Source: Podarcis pityusensis (lineage: Eukaryota). From it: 64,000 bases of DNA. Positions 51,166 through 62,663 of the stretch are shown one piece after another. The notes under the pieces are model-generated. The model made no database searches. It saw only the letters and a program-made list of their open reading frames with translations, and was not told where the DNA came from. Made by a program: the position numbers and the translations under genes. The stretch lies in NCBI GenBank assembly GCA_964106645.2, contig OZ067038.1; one strand, written 5' to 3'. How positions within the stretch are numbered: the first letter of the stretch is position 1; each line of letters opens with the position of its first letter.

Positions 51166-52409
51166 CTCCACTTATGTTAGGAAGACTTACTTCTGAGTAG
51201 GCATGCATAGGATTGTGCTGTTAGTCCATACAGAGACAACTACCCCATATTTCACTGAGTTGCTGTCTAATAGCAATAATGCAAACACTACCATTATTAT
51301 TAATTTATGCTGAAATACAAGCCACTTGCTCCAATCGGTATCTGGATGGGAATATTACCTACTTTAGTACAGAACAGCATATACCCTGAAGATTTGTCAA
51401 AAGTTGCATCCTGTTTACTAAGCTCTGTTGTTGTTTCATCAGTGCAAACTAATCTGAGAAACAAGAACGCTCTTCAATTCTGAATTCCATCAATATAACC
51501 TGAGGCTGATACAATAAAACCTTAACATTTCAAATAATGCCACATTCAGCTATAATCTGGAAATCCTTCTGAACACGTTTCTCTGAATATATATATTTTT
51601 TCCATTACAATAGTTCAGAGTTCAACTTTAAAAAAGAAAGAAAAAACCCAAATCCCTCTGGGTTAACCATATATAATAGATACATGCCCCTCTATCTATA
51701 AATATGCATAGTGTCTGATACCTAAGAGGCAAGAAAGAGATGGCATCTCTGTCTGTTGGAAATGATCCCATCGATTTCATGAAGGGGCATCCACTGTAAG
51801 GGATGCAGGGAACAGGATCTCTTCTGAATTTCTGAATTTCCTCCTTTCTTTCCAAAATGGCTAGAATCATTCCCCATTCCTCACCCCACCCCCCTACACA
51901 CACCCCTTCATCTCGGCTGTCGATAACAGAGGAAGGGCTCTTTGGTGCCCTGACAGTTCTGACAGTCTTCACAGTTACAGCTCATTAAAAAGAGTGCCAA
52001 GTGTGACACTTGTGCCTTAAAGCCTCCTCCCAGTTCCGACATTTCCCACACACCACATTTCCTAACCTTGCCTGGCAGCTCACCTTATTCTCCTGGGATT
52101 AGGTGCTTGTCAGTAATTGAGACTCCATTACACCATCCACTGGCAAAGAGCATAAAAATACCAAGTTAAAAACCCTCCTACCTTTTCCATATATTAACTC
52201 ACTGGATGAGAGAAAAATCATGAGTGCCAAACCCATAGATCAATAACTCACCCCAAAGTGCACCAGTGTCATCAGTATTTCCATTGTCTGCTTGGGAGAA
52301 GATCCATTACAATTAAAAAATACCTTGTGTCTCTCTCTCACACACTGCATCATTGTGTTTGGCTGATTTTAAGACACCCTTTACATTTACCTTTTCTGTA
52401 GTGGTAGCT

Positions 52410-52584
52410 CTACAATTGCTCCCACACTGATAAGGGGCTCCCACTCTGCTCCCTCTCCTTCCTTTGGCTATGTAGCATCATCCCACCACCAACCCCCTGG
52501 CTCTGAGCCTGCCTTCCTTCCTTCCTTGGGGGCTCCCTCTTTGGTGCCCCCCACCACTCCTCTGCATACAGCCAGTCCCTAACA
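52410..52584 (-). mobile_element. 5' portion of a Gypsy-type LTR related to 8231-8781
   Basis: Minus start TGTTAGGGACTGGCTG..GAGGAGTGGTGG..GAGCCCCCAAGG aligns with the start of the 8231-8781 LTR; 3' part absent. Confidence 0.7.
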
Positions 52585-53201
52585 TCTGCTCTGGAGGGTT
52601 GGGAGAACAGTGCCTGGGGGGAAAGAGAGCTGTCCCACCAGGGAAGCAGAAATGCTTGCACTGATAGAACAATCTCTATATTGCTACATTGAATTCCACC
52701 CACAGTCTTAAAAAAAAAAAGTCATTTTTCGTATATAAAATCATTTGGAAATGGAAAAAAGATAAGAGTTTTTTTAAAAAATGAACCTCCAAATAAATAG
52801 CTTAAAGAGGATTTTCTTGTGAGAAGTTTAAACGATTATAATTGTTGTGCTCCTATCTCTGAGAGTTTGCAAGGAAGGATGAAAAATATTATAGGATGAG
52901 AGAGTACAGCTCCTACAGAGCTAAAGAAAACACCTATTTTGCAACCAGAACTTCAAACAAATCTAGCACACCCATTCTTCCTTCACCTAGGTCTACACTA
53001 CAGTGTAAGGCAAGGCTAAATACATATGTTTGTGAGTTCTCCGGAATGCGTGTGCAGGGGAAGGGGGAAGAAAAGGAGAATCTGAATAGGAAAGGCTGGA
53101 TAGGGACGTGCCTGGGACTGGACCTGCCTGGGAGGGACTGATGGTTCCCCACCCTTGGTCTACAGGAAATGAAGCATTTAATATGTATGATATTCCAATG
53201 C

Positions 53202-53203
<2 letters not shown>

Positions 53204-53243
<40 letters not shown>
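53204..53243. repeat. (AT)20 microsatellite
   Basis: Perfect dinucleotide run. Confidence 0.95.
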
Positions 53244-53246
<3 letters not shown>

Positions 53247-54120
53247 CTTGAGATTACCTACAGCAAGAATGAATCAGAACAGAAAGTCAGAGTCATTTAA
53301 ACCTAAAGCTGTGGCCATCTGCTTCCTCCCCGCTTTCAGTCTGTGAGCAGGAGGCAAAATTCAGAACCTAAATCTTGCCAAAGGCTTCCTTCATAAAATC
53401 ATCCAGGATTTCCTTGTTCAAAGACAGATCCACCTACTGACCTACCTACTGACCAGGCAAGTGGATTCTTAAAGAGATAGGAGTCTAGGCTGGTTTGCTG
53501 ATAGAAACTTCAGCAGCACAGATTCTTGAACCATTCAAAGGATAGCCAAAGCTTAGAGGGAGGCACATATGCTTCCTTTAAGCTGCAACTTCTGAGGAAG
53601 GCTCCCATCTTTTTGAGAAATACAGGTTTAAGATCTTATAAAGTACTACCAGTAATACAGTAATGTTGTTGTTTAAAAAAGTTTAGTCCTTTTAATAATA
53701 CTTTTCAGAAAACCCAATGTCTTGTAGATTGCAGTTCAGTGGTATTGCCCCCTGATATTTATTCCTCCCCAATATCTAATATATGTGACTTCACAACTCA
53801 TAAAGGGAATTTGAGGCAACTCACCAACAAACTTAGCTAAACCGAACAAAAATTGAACTGCAGTGACAATTAATGTAGGTTTATAATTAGACTTCGATTT
53901 AAAAAAACAAAAGTGTTACTACAAGTTTGATTCCAGCACAAAACCTCATACAACTTAAATTTAAATTGTGGATATTGAAGTGAAGTGATATTAAATTATT
54001 CACTATACCAGTAGCTACAGTCGCAATATATAGGAAGCCTATGACCCTGATTTGCCAGGCTTCCTGATGGCCCACAGGTATCTCAATGAGCGCACAGGTG
54101 TATGCACATAGATTCTATAC

Positions 54121-54224
54121 CAGCCTTCCCAACCTGATGCCTTCTGGATATTTTGGGCTATGACGCTACTCATACATGATTAGTGGCCATGCTGGCTGGA
54201 GGATGCCAGGTTGGAGAAAGGTGT
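54121..54224. mobile_element. Degraded hAT MITE
   Basis: cagccttcccaacctg...caggttggagaaaggtg inverted ends. Confidence 0.6.
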
Positions 54225-55494
54225 TCAATGCAGTCATTCAGCTGATTGTGTGGCAGTCAGGGGTGGTAGCAGTACATGTGATGCTGCCCCCACCCCCAGC
54301 TGCCATTCCATTAATTCATCATAACATCTGCAAATGGCCAAAGTGTTAAAGAGTTCTTAACAAGAATGCTCGTAAACTTTGCCTGATAATTCCCGATGCC
54401 CTATTTTCTTTGCAAAAACCCTTTCCAATCTTTGTTTTGAAGCTAAACGATAAGGGTAAGGTAGTGATTTCAGACATCTGCTGGCTACCTCCCATTTGAG
54501 ACACACATGACTGGGATAATGCCTTAAAGTAGTTTACAAGTGTTTGGTGAGAATTAGCCTCAGAACAGTCAAACACTATTTGACTTCAACTGAGCCTGAA
54601 TTTTGTCTAGTGACTACTCAGCTGCAAAGCTCTGTTTCACACGTCTTGTTAAAAAAATTTTTTAAGCAGTTAATTTAATTGTGCTTATACTTTTTCAGCT
54701 TGCAAAACATTTTCATGTCCCAATACACAAACTAGGAGTTATAAATATCCCAGTATATGTATATGTATGTTTTCTATCTTACTGCAGAAAAATTGGGTTC
54801 TCATTTTCAATTTGGATTGCACCAGTTGATCTTATTTGATTTTTTTATTAGCTTTCCTTTATGCCTCAGCTCAATATTTTTAAATTAGCACAATTCAATA
54901 TTGTGATACAATTCAATAACAATTTGGTATTTCAATGAGACAAATGGTTTTTACTCCATGTTCTAATTTACTATGCCAGACCTCCTCCCTTTTGCAATTA
55001 ATATTATGTTTATTGTGATCTAGATCAATAAAGAATAAACGGACAGTTTTCAATTGGAACTCAATGATACACTGAGTTACAACCTAACCCACAATGAAGT
55101 TGAGTTGAAGTACTTGGACCAAAATGCCAACTGAAGTGGAGGGGTAAGTATGTCAATTAATAGAATTTTGACTGAACGGAAGGGTTCTTAATAAGGAGAG
55201 TAAAAGGGATTCTACATAACTCAATGATACAGCTTTATCACAGCAAGCAACTTAGGTACTCTGTATCTTGTTCAAAATGAAGAGTGAAACCATTTGCTGT
55301 CCCTTCTCCATATGAGCCAATGGACCTGAGCAGGGTTCATGGCGGGCTATCATCTGGCTCTTCCTGGATACATCTATGTCAGTAGAGACCCAAGTGTCCT
55401 CTGTGACTAGAAGTGCCTTTCATCAGCTTTCTCTTGTTTGCCAGCTATGACCATTCCTGAACAGGGATAGTCTTACCACTGTAGCCCCTATTCT

Positions 55495-56445
55495 GATAAA
55501 CCTTGAGACTGGATAACTGCAATGCATTCTATTTGAGGCTGCCCTTGAGCCTGGTTCAGAAGCTCCAGCTGCAACAAAATGAGGCAGCCAGACTGCTGAC
55601 GATAGGGCACCTGGCTGACAACACTTGACACCATTAAAAAATCTGCACTGGCTGCTTATCTGGTACCGAGCCAGGTTCAATGTCCTTATATTAACTTACA
55701 AATCCCTGAAAAAGTTAGGCCCGGGGTACCTTAGGGGCTACCAGAACCCTTATATACCAGCACGATCACTGAAATCATCTACAGGAGCATCATTGTTCAT
55801 TCCCTGGCTCAACAAGGCTCATCTGAGAGCAACAAGAAACCAAGTCTTTAGAGTCATTGGGCCAGTCCCATGGAATACTCTGCTAATAGAGATTCAGCAG
55901 GCACCTTTAAATGCCTGCTTCAAACTTTTCTATCCTGCCAGGCTGATAAAGGTAAAGGTAAAGGGACCCCTGACCATTAGGTCCAGTCGTGACCGACTCT
56001 GGGGTTGCGGCGCTCATCTCGCTTTATTGGCCGAGGGAGCCGGCATTTGTCCACAAACAGCTTCCGGATCATGTGGCCAGCATGACTAAGCCACTTCTGG
56101 CAAACCAGAGCAGCGCATGGAAACGCCGTTTACCTTCCCGCCGGAGTGGTACCTATTTATCTACTTGCACTTTGACGTGCTTTTGAACTGCTAGGTTGGC
56201 AGAAGCTGGGGCCGAGCAACGGGAGCTCACCCCGTCGCGGTGATTCGAACCATCAACCTTCTGATTGGCAAGTCCTAGGGTCTGTGGTTTAACCCACAGC
56301 ACCATTAATAGGTGATTTCCATTTAAAAAATAAATAAATAAAATTATATGGTTCTTATGGTATAGTTTTATGTATGACTGTTGTAAACCACTCTGATTTT
56401 TTTAAAAAAACGAACAGAGGTATATAAATATTTTTTTTATAAATA
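55495..56445 (+). mobile_element. Older L2 3' fragment interrupted by a Sauria SINE
   Basis: TPLKNLHWLLIWYRARFNVLILTYKSL..LGPGYL..ARSLKSS..WNTL..EIQQAP; the 3' UTR and tail resume after 56305. Confidence 0.85.
55948..56304 (-). mobile_element. Sauria SINE
   Basis: (AAAGGT)n tail plus full Sauria body and tRNA-like head on minus. Confidence 0.95.
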
Positions 56446-58104
56446 AAATAAACAGGAGGCTGGTTATAAGCACTGTAAGATCAGAAATGAAACAAAACAG
56501 ATGGAGCTCATTACAAAGAATGCCTTTATGGAAATCTCTGTGTACATTAAAGAGAATTTCCACTTGGAAGCCAAAAGTAAATGGAACCCTGCCTGCATTA
56601 AAATGGCACCGTAGGAAATATGTTGGTCTGCTGTAAAATAACAAATAACTAGCCAGATACAATGACAACAATATTTCAATACAAACATACATAAAAACCT
56701 ACCTCCCCATCACTCATGCTTCATTACATGTAGGAGGGAAATGCACGCCACATAGGGAAAACATGAGAAAAAGGAAGCAGGATTGGATAAATTGGGGGGG
56801 GGGAGGTAATTCAGTTCAGCAATTGACTTTGTTCTTCCTTCCTTCCATCTATCCCTCCCCCTCCCCCTACTCCTTAGTCATCCACCATGAAATAAGCTTG
56901 TTAATTGCTCTGTAACCAAAGCAGCCTTTCCCTCCAATTGACTGAGAAGGCAATGCTACTGTCTAGGGATTACAGGCCCTATGGTGACAGTTTTAATTCT
57001 GGCCAGAGTGGAGAAGTCAATAAATCGTTCTTGCAGAAGTCGTTACTGACCCTGAGCAAGCCCTGGGAGAAGAGAAGCAATCTCCATCTACTGGAAAATT
57101 ATATATCTCCACAACCCCAAAGCAAACAAATAAAAGCTGAAGAAAAGAATACCATTTCAGAGGTAGGAGGAAAGCAATCTCCCTCTCTTTGTGTGACTTG
57201 TGTCTACAGAGAAGTAACTAGATGCAGGGTAAAACAACAACAAGGTGGGATACATTAGTATATTACTCTGTACTAGTCACAATAAATGTAATCTAACGCA
57301 GAGAGGCAACTGTATAGCAGTAAAATGAATGCAGGTTCCATCACTGAATGTCATATTCATTTGTGAGGGTTCTACTCCCACAACCTGATCCCATGAGGTC
57401 AACCTGAAAGGGGGCTTAAAGCCTATTTATTAAAGCAATGCAGATGACTGAATAAAATGTAACTCTTCATTAGAGGCAATTACTGTAGCCATGTGCCCTA
57501 ATTTACAAATGATAACTCTCTATTTGAAGGACTGTCCAGCTAGCACCTGGACAAGCTAATCAGACCTGTGCAGACAGAGCTTCCCAGTACGGTAAGATGT
57601 ACTATATTTTTGTTTAAATTCTAGCAATTATTTCTATATTTGCATATATACATATAAATTAGCACATTCAGATTTTATGCAAATCTTATTTCTCCTTTGT
57701 TCTCTTTTTGGTGATACATTTCCTCTTTGGGGACAATGCATATGTGGCCATCTTAGAGGCACAACCATTTTACACATTCTGCATAGTTGGTGTATCCTGC
57801 ATTATACATTTTCTTCTTGAGAAAGGGGGGTGTTATCCTTTTAACAACTCTTGAGGTTCACTTAATTTGGTTTGTTGAGCTTGTCCAGTTATATTTCCCC
57901 ATCTTTCTACTCCCACACTGGAATTTACAAAGCCTGAAATCCTAGATATTTCAAGAGATCAAGTGGGTTGCTAGCTAGTAGCTTAACTGAAGAATCATTC
58001 AATATTATGTTTCCTTCAAAGGACGGATTCTCAGTGGCGTAGCGTGGGGGGTGCCAGGGGTGCCGGCCGCACCGGGCGCAACTTCTGGGGGGGGCGCGAG
58101 TCCA

Positions 58105-58616
58105 GAGGGAAGGGGAACGCCCCTCGCTCAGCCCGCGCATCCCTCGCCCGCCGGCAGCTTCTCCTCCTCGCCTCGCTCAGCGCCGCCGCCGCGGATGCCG
58201 CCCAGACCCCCCAGCGCCCAGGGCCATTTCCCGGGGAGCCTCCTCTGGCACATGCCCCGCGCAGGAGGAGGAGGGGGAGGCGGCTCCGGGATGCTCCCTC
58301 CCGCCCCGGGAGGCAGAACGCAACGCACAACACACACACACCCTGTCGCCCCCGCGGCAGAGCAAGGCAGCCAGACGCGGAGCAGGGAGAAAGGCTCGGG
58401 CTCACCTTGGGGCAGCCTCCGGAGAAGCGAGTCCCGAGGAGGAGGAGGAGGAGGAGGAGGAGGAGGAGGAGAAGCCGCCGCTGCCGCTGCCGCCGCCGCC
58501 GTGCGCCCCCAGCACCGGGAGAGAGGCCGCTGGCCGCCCGGCGGGCCGTGGTTCCTTCCTCCGTCGGGCGCCCAAGGGGAGGGGGCTTTGGCTGCCTCGG
58601 CCCGCGGGGGCTCCAC
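58105..58616 (-). other. Captured CpG-island fragment resembling a host first exon plus start of intron 1
   Basis: Extremely GC/CpG-rich with sharp borders; (GGC)n and (CTC)12 repeats on minus; splice donor AAG|GTGAGC with exon end at 58406. Confidence 0.65.
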
Positions 58617-58639
58617 AAATAATAAATTTAATAAATTCC

Positions 58640-59226
58640 TTTTTTTAAAATAAGATATTTATTAAAGTTTTCAATTTTATACAAAGAGAAAAATGCAAAA
58701 AATAGAAAAAATATATATTAAAAACACATAAAATTCACAACTTATTTTTCAATAACATATTTCCCTGACCTCCTCATACCTCCCCTTCTTGTTTTCTAGT
58801 TCAAATTATTTGTTCAGCAAATCCTTATCTCATAGCATTACCGCTAAATAACACCTTATTTTCTATCCAAGTTCTTGAAACTTAAACTTTTACTTTAAAA
58901 AACCATTTTTTCATAACCTTTTATACCATTACAGCTAGAAACCACTTAACGTAATTTCAATCCAACATCATTCAACATTCCTTAATATTGCAGTATTTCT
59001 GTAAATAGTCCTTAAATTTCTTCCAATCTTCTTCTGCCGACTCTTCTCCCTGGTTGCGGATTCTGCCAGTCATTTCTGCCAATCCCATGCAGTCAATCAA
59101 CTTCATCTGCCATTCTTCCAGAGTGGGTAAATCTTGCGTCTTCCAATACTTTGCAATGAGTATTCTTGCTGCTGTTGTAGCATACATAAAAAAAGTTCTA
59201 TCTTTTTTAACACCAACTGGCCAACC
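58640..59226 (-). mobile_element. L1 LINE 3' end (ORF2 C-terminus, 3' UTR, polyA signal) inside the composite hAT
   Basis: KKDRTFFMYATTAARILIAKYWKTQDLPTLEEWQMK...DWKKFKDYL, stop at 58972; AATAAA on minus at 58658-58663; short A tail at about 58640. Confidence 0.88.
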
Positions 59227-59406
59227 CAGTGGCGTAGCATGGGGGGTGCAGGGGGGGCCGGCCACACCGGGCGCAACATCTGGGGTTAGGGCAAATCCAT
59301 GGGTTAGGGGGCGCAAATCCACAGGTTAGGGGGCGCAAATCCATGGGTTAGGGGGCGCAAATTACTTGCCTTGCCCCGGGTGCTGACAACCCACGCTACG
59401 CCACTG
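59227..59406. mobile_element. Complete 180-bp hAT MITE forming the right arm of the composite
   Basis: Own TIRs CAGTGGCGTAGC...GCTACGCCACTG; left about 57 bp nearly identical to 58032-58090; about four 22-bp tandem units ggttagggggcgcaaatcca. Confidence 0.9.
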
Positions 59407-59715
59407 CGGATTCTGCTCAGTGTTCTAAAAGCCAGAATTGATTCAAAAGCCAGGATATATGAATGAAAACATGTGATTCATTCCCTCAATTTATGAAGAA
59501 GTAACTCAAACAACTTAAGCAGAAGCACAAGCTTTTAAATCCCAAACATGAATGTAAGTATTGTGCTGCTATTCCATATATAGTGGAGCACCAGAGTCCA
59601 TAATGTACAACAGTGCCAGCATCTACACTTAATACCGTGACTACTAGATTACAACTAGCTTAGCAATGCCACCACATTCAAACCTAACAAGGAATGGTGA
59701 TAGAGCCCTTTAAGC

Positions 59716-60527
59716 CAGTGTTTCCCAGTCTCTAGGTCACAACCCACAAGTGGATCACGCGAAGTCTATGCAAGTAGATCAGGCTTTATAAGTACAGTGG
59801 AACCTCAGGTTGCGAATCCATGTGGGATCCGTGCTCCGTGTGGGAGGCACGTTCGCAACCCGCAGTGTTCACAACCCGTAGCGCTGCGTCTGCACACGTG
59901 TGGGTCGCAATTTGGTGTTTCTGTGCATGCACGAGTGCCAAAACTCGGAAGTAACTCGTTCTGGTACTTCTGGGTTCAGCATGGTGTGAAACCTGAAATT
60001 GTGTAACCTGAAGCATCTGCAACCCGAGATACCACTGTAAACCCAAAATAATTATTGCTTGTAATCCTTAACCAATATGATGAATACCTCTTATAACTTT
60101 TTCTTTTGTTAGCATATTGCTGTTTTAGACAGTTGGAACTGAGCACCAGAAAGGCTCAAGGCTTCCATTTTAACACTTGTGAACCACTCTCTAGTGGTTT
60201 GCAGCAGATGTGGTAAAGGCCCACCCCAAAGTAACCTCACAAGGAGATCCCTTTAATGACTTTGGAACCTACACATCAGATATAAGCTACAATGAAACTG
60301 TGAATAACTTTGTAGGTACTATAGATATTTCAACAATTCTACATTAATAGGAGTGTTAAGCAACTTTTTCCTGGATGCCTCAAGTAACGGTTGCAGTAAA
60401 AAGGAACAAAACCAACAGCTGCTAAAGACCTAAGGTCCAAAATTCATGTGACACTAAATTAGTGGGTGACCATACCACGTCAATTTGGACTAATGGGTTG
60501 CCATACCGCAAAGTTTCAGAATCACTG
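59716..60527. mobile_element. Non-autonomous hAT (Charlie-like) element hosting a nested Tigger MITE
   Basis: Ends CAGTGTTTC...GAATCACTG; TSD ctttaagc / ctctaagc (7 of 8); gggtc(a/g)c subterminal motifs. Confidence 0.75.
59795..60037. mobile_element. Tc1/mariner-pogo (Tigger-like) MITE
   Basis: TIRs CAGTGGAACCTCAGGTTGC...GCAACCCGAGATACCACTG flanked by TA on both sides. Confidence 0.9.
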
Positions 60528-62062
60528 CTCTAAGCATCTCTCTGCAAAACCAGTTTTCTGTGCAGTTTTCTGCGCACAAAAAGGGCAGTTTTGTATGCTC
60601 CAGCATACACAGCAATTATTGGAACTCTAAGCTAGCCGTAGCAAACATAGAACTACTGTAATTGTAGACATATACTTTTAAAGTTTATCACCTTTCAAGA
60701 ATATAGATTTGTCATTTATTGTTAAACCCCTGTACAATAAAAAGTGGAGGTTCAAAGTTACATCTCTGCACCAAGCATTAAGAAGATGTTTTCTCCAGTA
60801 TCCAAATTCCAAGCCATCCCACTTATAATTTATGTTGTTATGCTAATTAGCTCATTTTCAAGTCATGAAGATATGAAAAAGCCCAGCGTGTTCCCATGAA
60901 CATCATGTCCATTGTACCATCTAGTGAGTTTATCTAGTACAGGGTGATCATCAGCTGATGAAGAACTGAAAGTATGTTCCAGTTCTGTAAGCAGACCTCA
61001 CCTAGGATGCAAAGCACTGTCACAATCCTATCTTGATAACATAAAGCACCCCTTGAAAACACTGTCAGCATTTGACCAACTTCAAGGTACGCTAAGCCTC
61101 ATATAGCTCAGGTGCTGAAAATTTTTTAAGGATTATGGATTTAAGTCATAATCCTACACATGCTTACCTGGACATTGAACTCAATGGAACTAACCTCTGA
61201 GTAGTCACATGGACCAGTGACCTATCTAGTTCAACATCCTATTCTCACAGTGGTCAACCAGAATAATCAAGACAGAGCTCTCTAATACCATTGATTCCTG
61301 TTGAGTATTGTCTATGATCTGGTTCTAGAAAAGCAATTCCCAAGGAACGTTTCCACATGTTATATACTTGTACAAGCCACTTCGAAAAGTAACCCAAGAT
61401 GCCCTTAGTTGTTCACTAACTCACATGTCTCAACACATGAATATCTAAATGCTACTGAGAAATTGTCTGGTTCTACTTAACAGTCGTGCTAATCATACAG
61501 CAAGCAGCACCACCACTACTTTTTGTGTGATATGGACCAAACTTTCCACTCAACAAACAGTTTAGCAAGTATAAGGTATTGTTATGAAGTACTGAAAAAC
61601 CCCAAAACCTTATGCAAAAAGAAGTCTTTATTTAGAATGTTCTAATAGGAGATGGGGTATGGCAAAATTAGACTACAGGGAAGTAAAGCATATGCTTAAA
61701 TCTTTCCCACCAAAATATGGTAAATTGTAATTAATCTCAACTTTGTCTAGATCACACTCAACTGAGAACATCGTCACACCTAATAAAACAATTGGAAAAC
61801 TAAGAAACAACATGAAAAGAAACATGATCAAAGCCACGGGAACGGCCATGAAAGGTAGCAGCAGAAGTTGAATCTCCTTGCAGAGGTAATTCTGTATAGT
61901 TTTTCTTGAACAGAGTTTTTCTCCCTTCTATTGTACTTTGCATACCTAAAAAACAAATTGCAACTGTGCCCAAGTCAAAGAAAATGTAAAGAAAGCAATC
62001 TCAGCACATATACAGGTTGTTATTGCTTCACTTCTTCATTGACTGGATTGTGGGGGGAAATC

Positions 62063-62123
62063 AATAAGAACCCCTATGAACCCCTATGAACCCCTATGAA
62101 CCCAATAAGAACCCCTATGAACA
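62063..62123. repeat. 10-bp minisatellite (GAACCCCTAT)n
   Basis: aataagaacccctat gaacccctat gaacccctat gaaccc aataagaacccctat gaac. Confidence 0.9.
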
Positions 62124-62399
62124 CATCCACCCTAATAAAATATGTGGCTTACATATATCAACCACTAACAAGTGTGGCTTGTATGCTGAGAGAAGAAAAT
62201 TGCAACATAATATAATCCTCCCTGTGAAATGTCTAGGGAGATAATGTCCACAAAGAGGGCAGGACTAAATAATAATGCTGTCAACAAAGATAGCAAATAT
62301 TATTATAATGAGCTACATGGCTTGATTTGTTATGGCACATCCTATGTCATGTATTACACCGAGATGGTGCAAACACAGCATTCTGGCCTATATCCAGTA

Positions 62400-62623
62400 T
62401 AGGGTCTATAAAGTTCTCTCTTGGTCATCAATAATCTGATCTATCAAGTTAAAACAAGTTGCCAACAGGTGTGGACTTTGGTAATATGGTGCTCTGAGTG
62501 AGGACAAAATTTGGCATCCACCCCTACCCCTACCACAATATTCCTTATTTTCATAATAATGCCTTTTGGTACAGTTGCTTTTTATGGATCTTCTCAGTAG
62601 GTAACCATATAAATATAGGTCTT

Positions 62624-62663
<40 letters not shown>

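Larger units (their letters stand above)
58032..59406. mobile_element. Composite hAT transposon carrying cargo (Pack-hAT-like)
   Basis: Perfect 17-bp TIR CAGTGGCGTAGCGTGGG at both ends; perfect 8-bp TSD cggattct (58024-58031 and 59407-59414); cargo is a CpG-island segment, an L1 3' end and an internal MITE. Confidence 0.92.

Noticed and set aside
58031-58653. Five overlapping long ORFs with poly-L/R/G/P/A tracts as an in situ host gene
   Set aside because: Openness in all frames follows from extreme GC content and triplet repeats; starts are non-ATG and the segment sits inside TIRs and a TSD.
59282-59365. CRISPR-like array or interstitial telomere
   Set aside because: Direct tandem units without unique spacers in a eukaryotic MITE; TTAGGG is not itself tandemly repeated.
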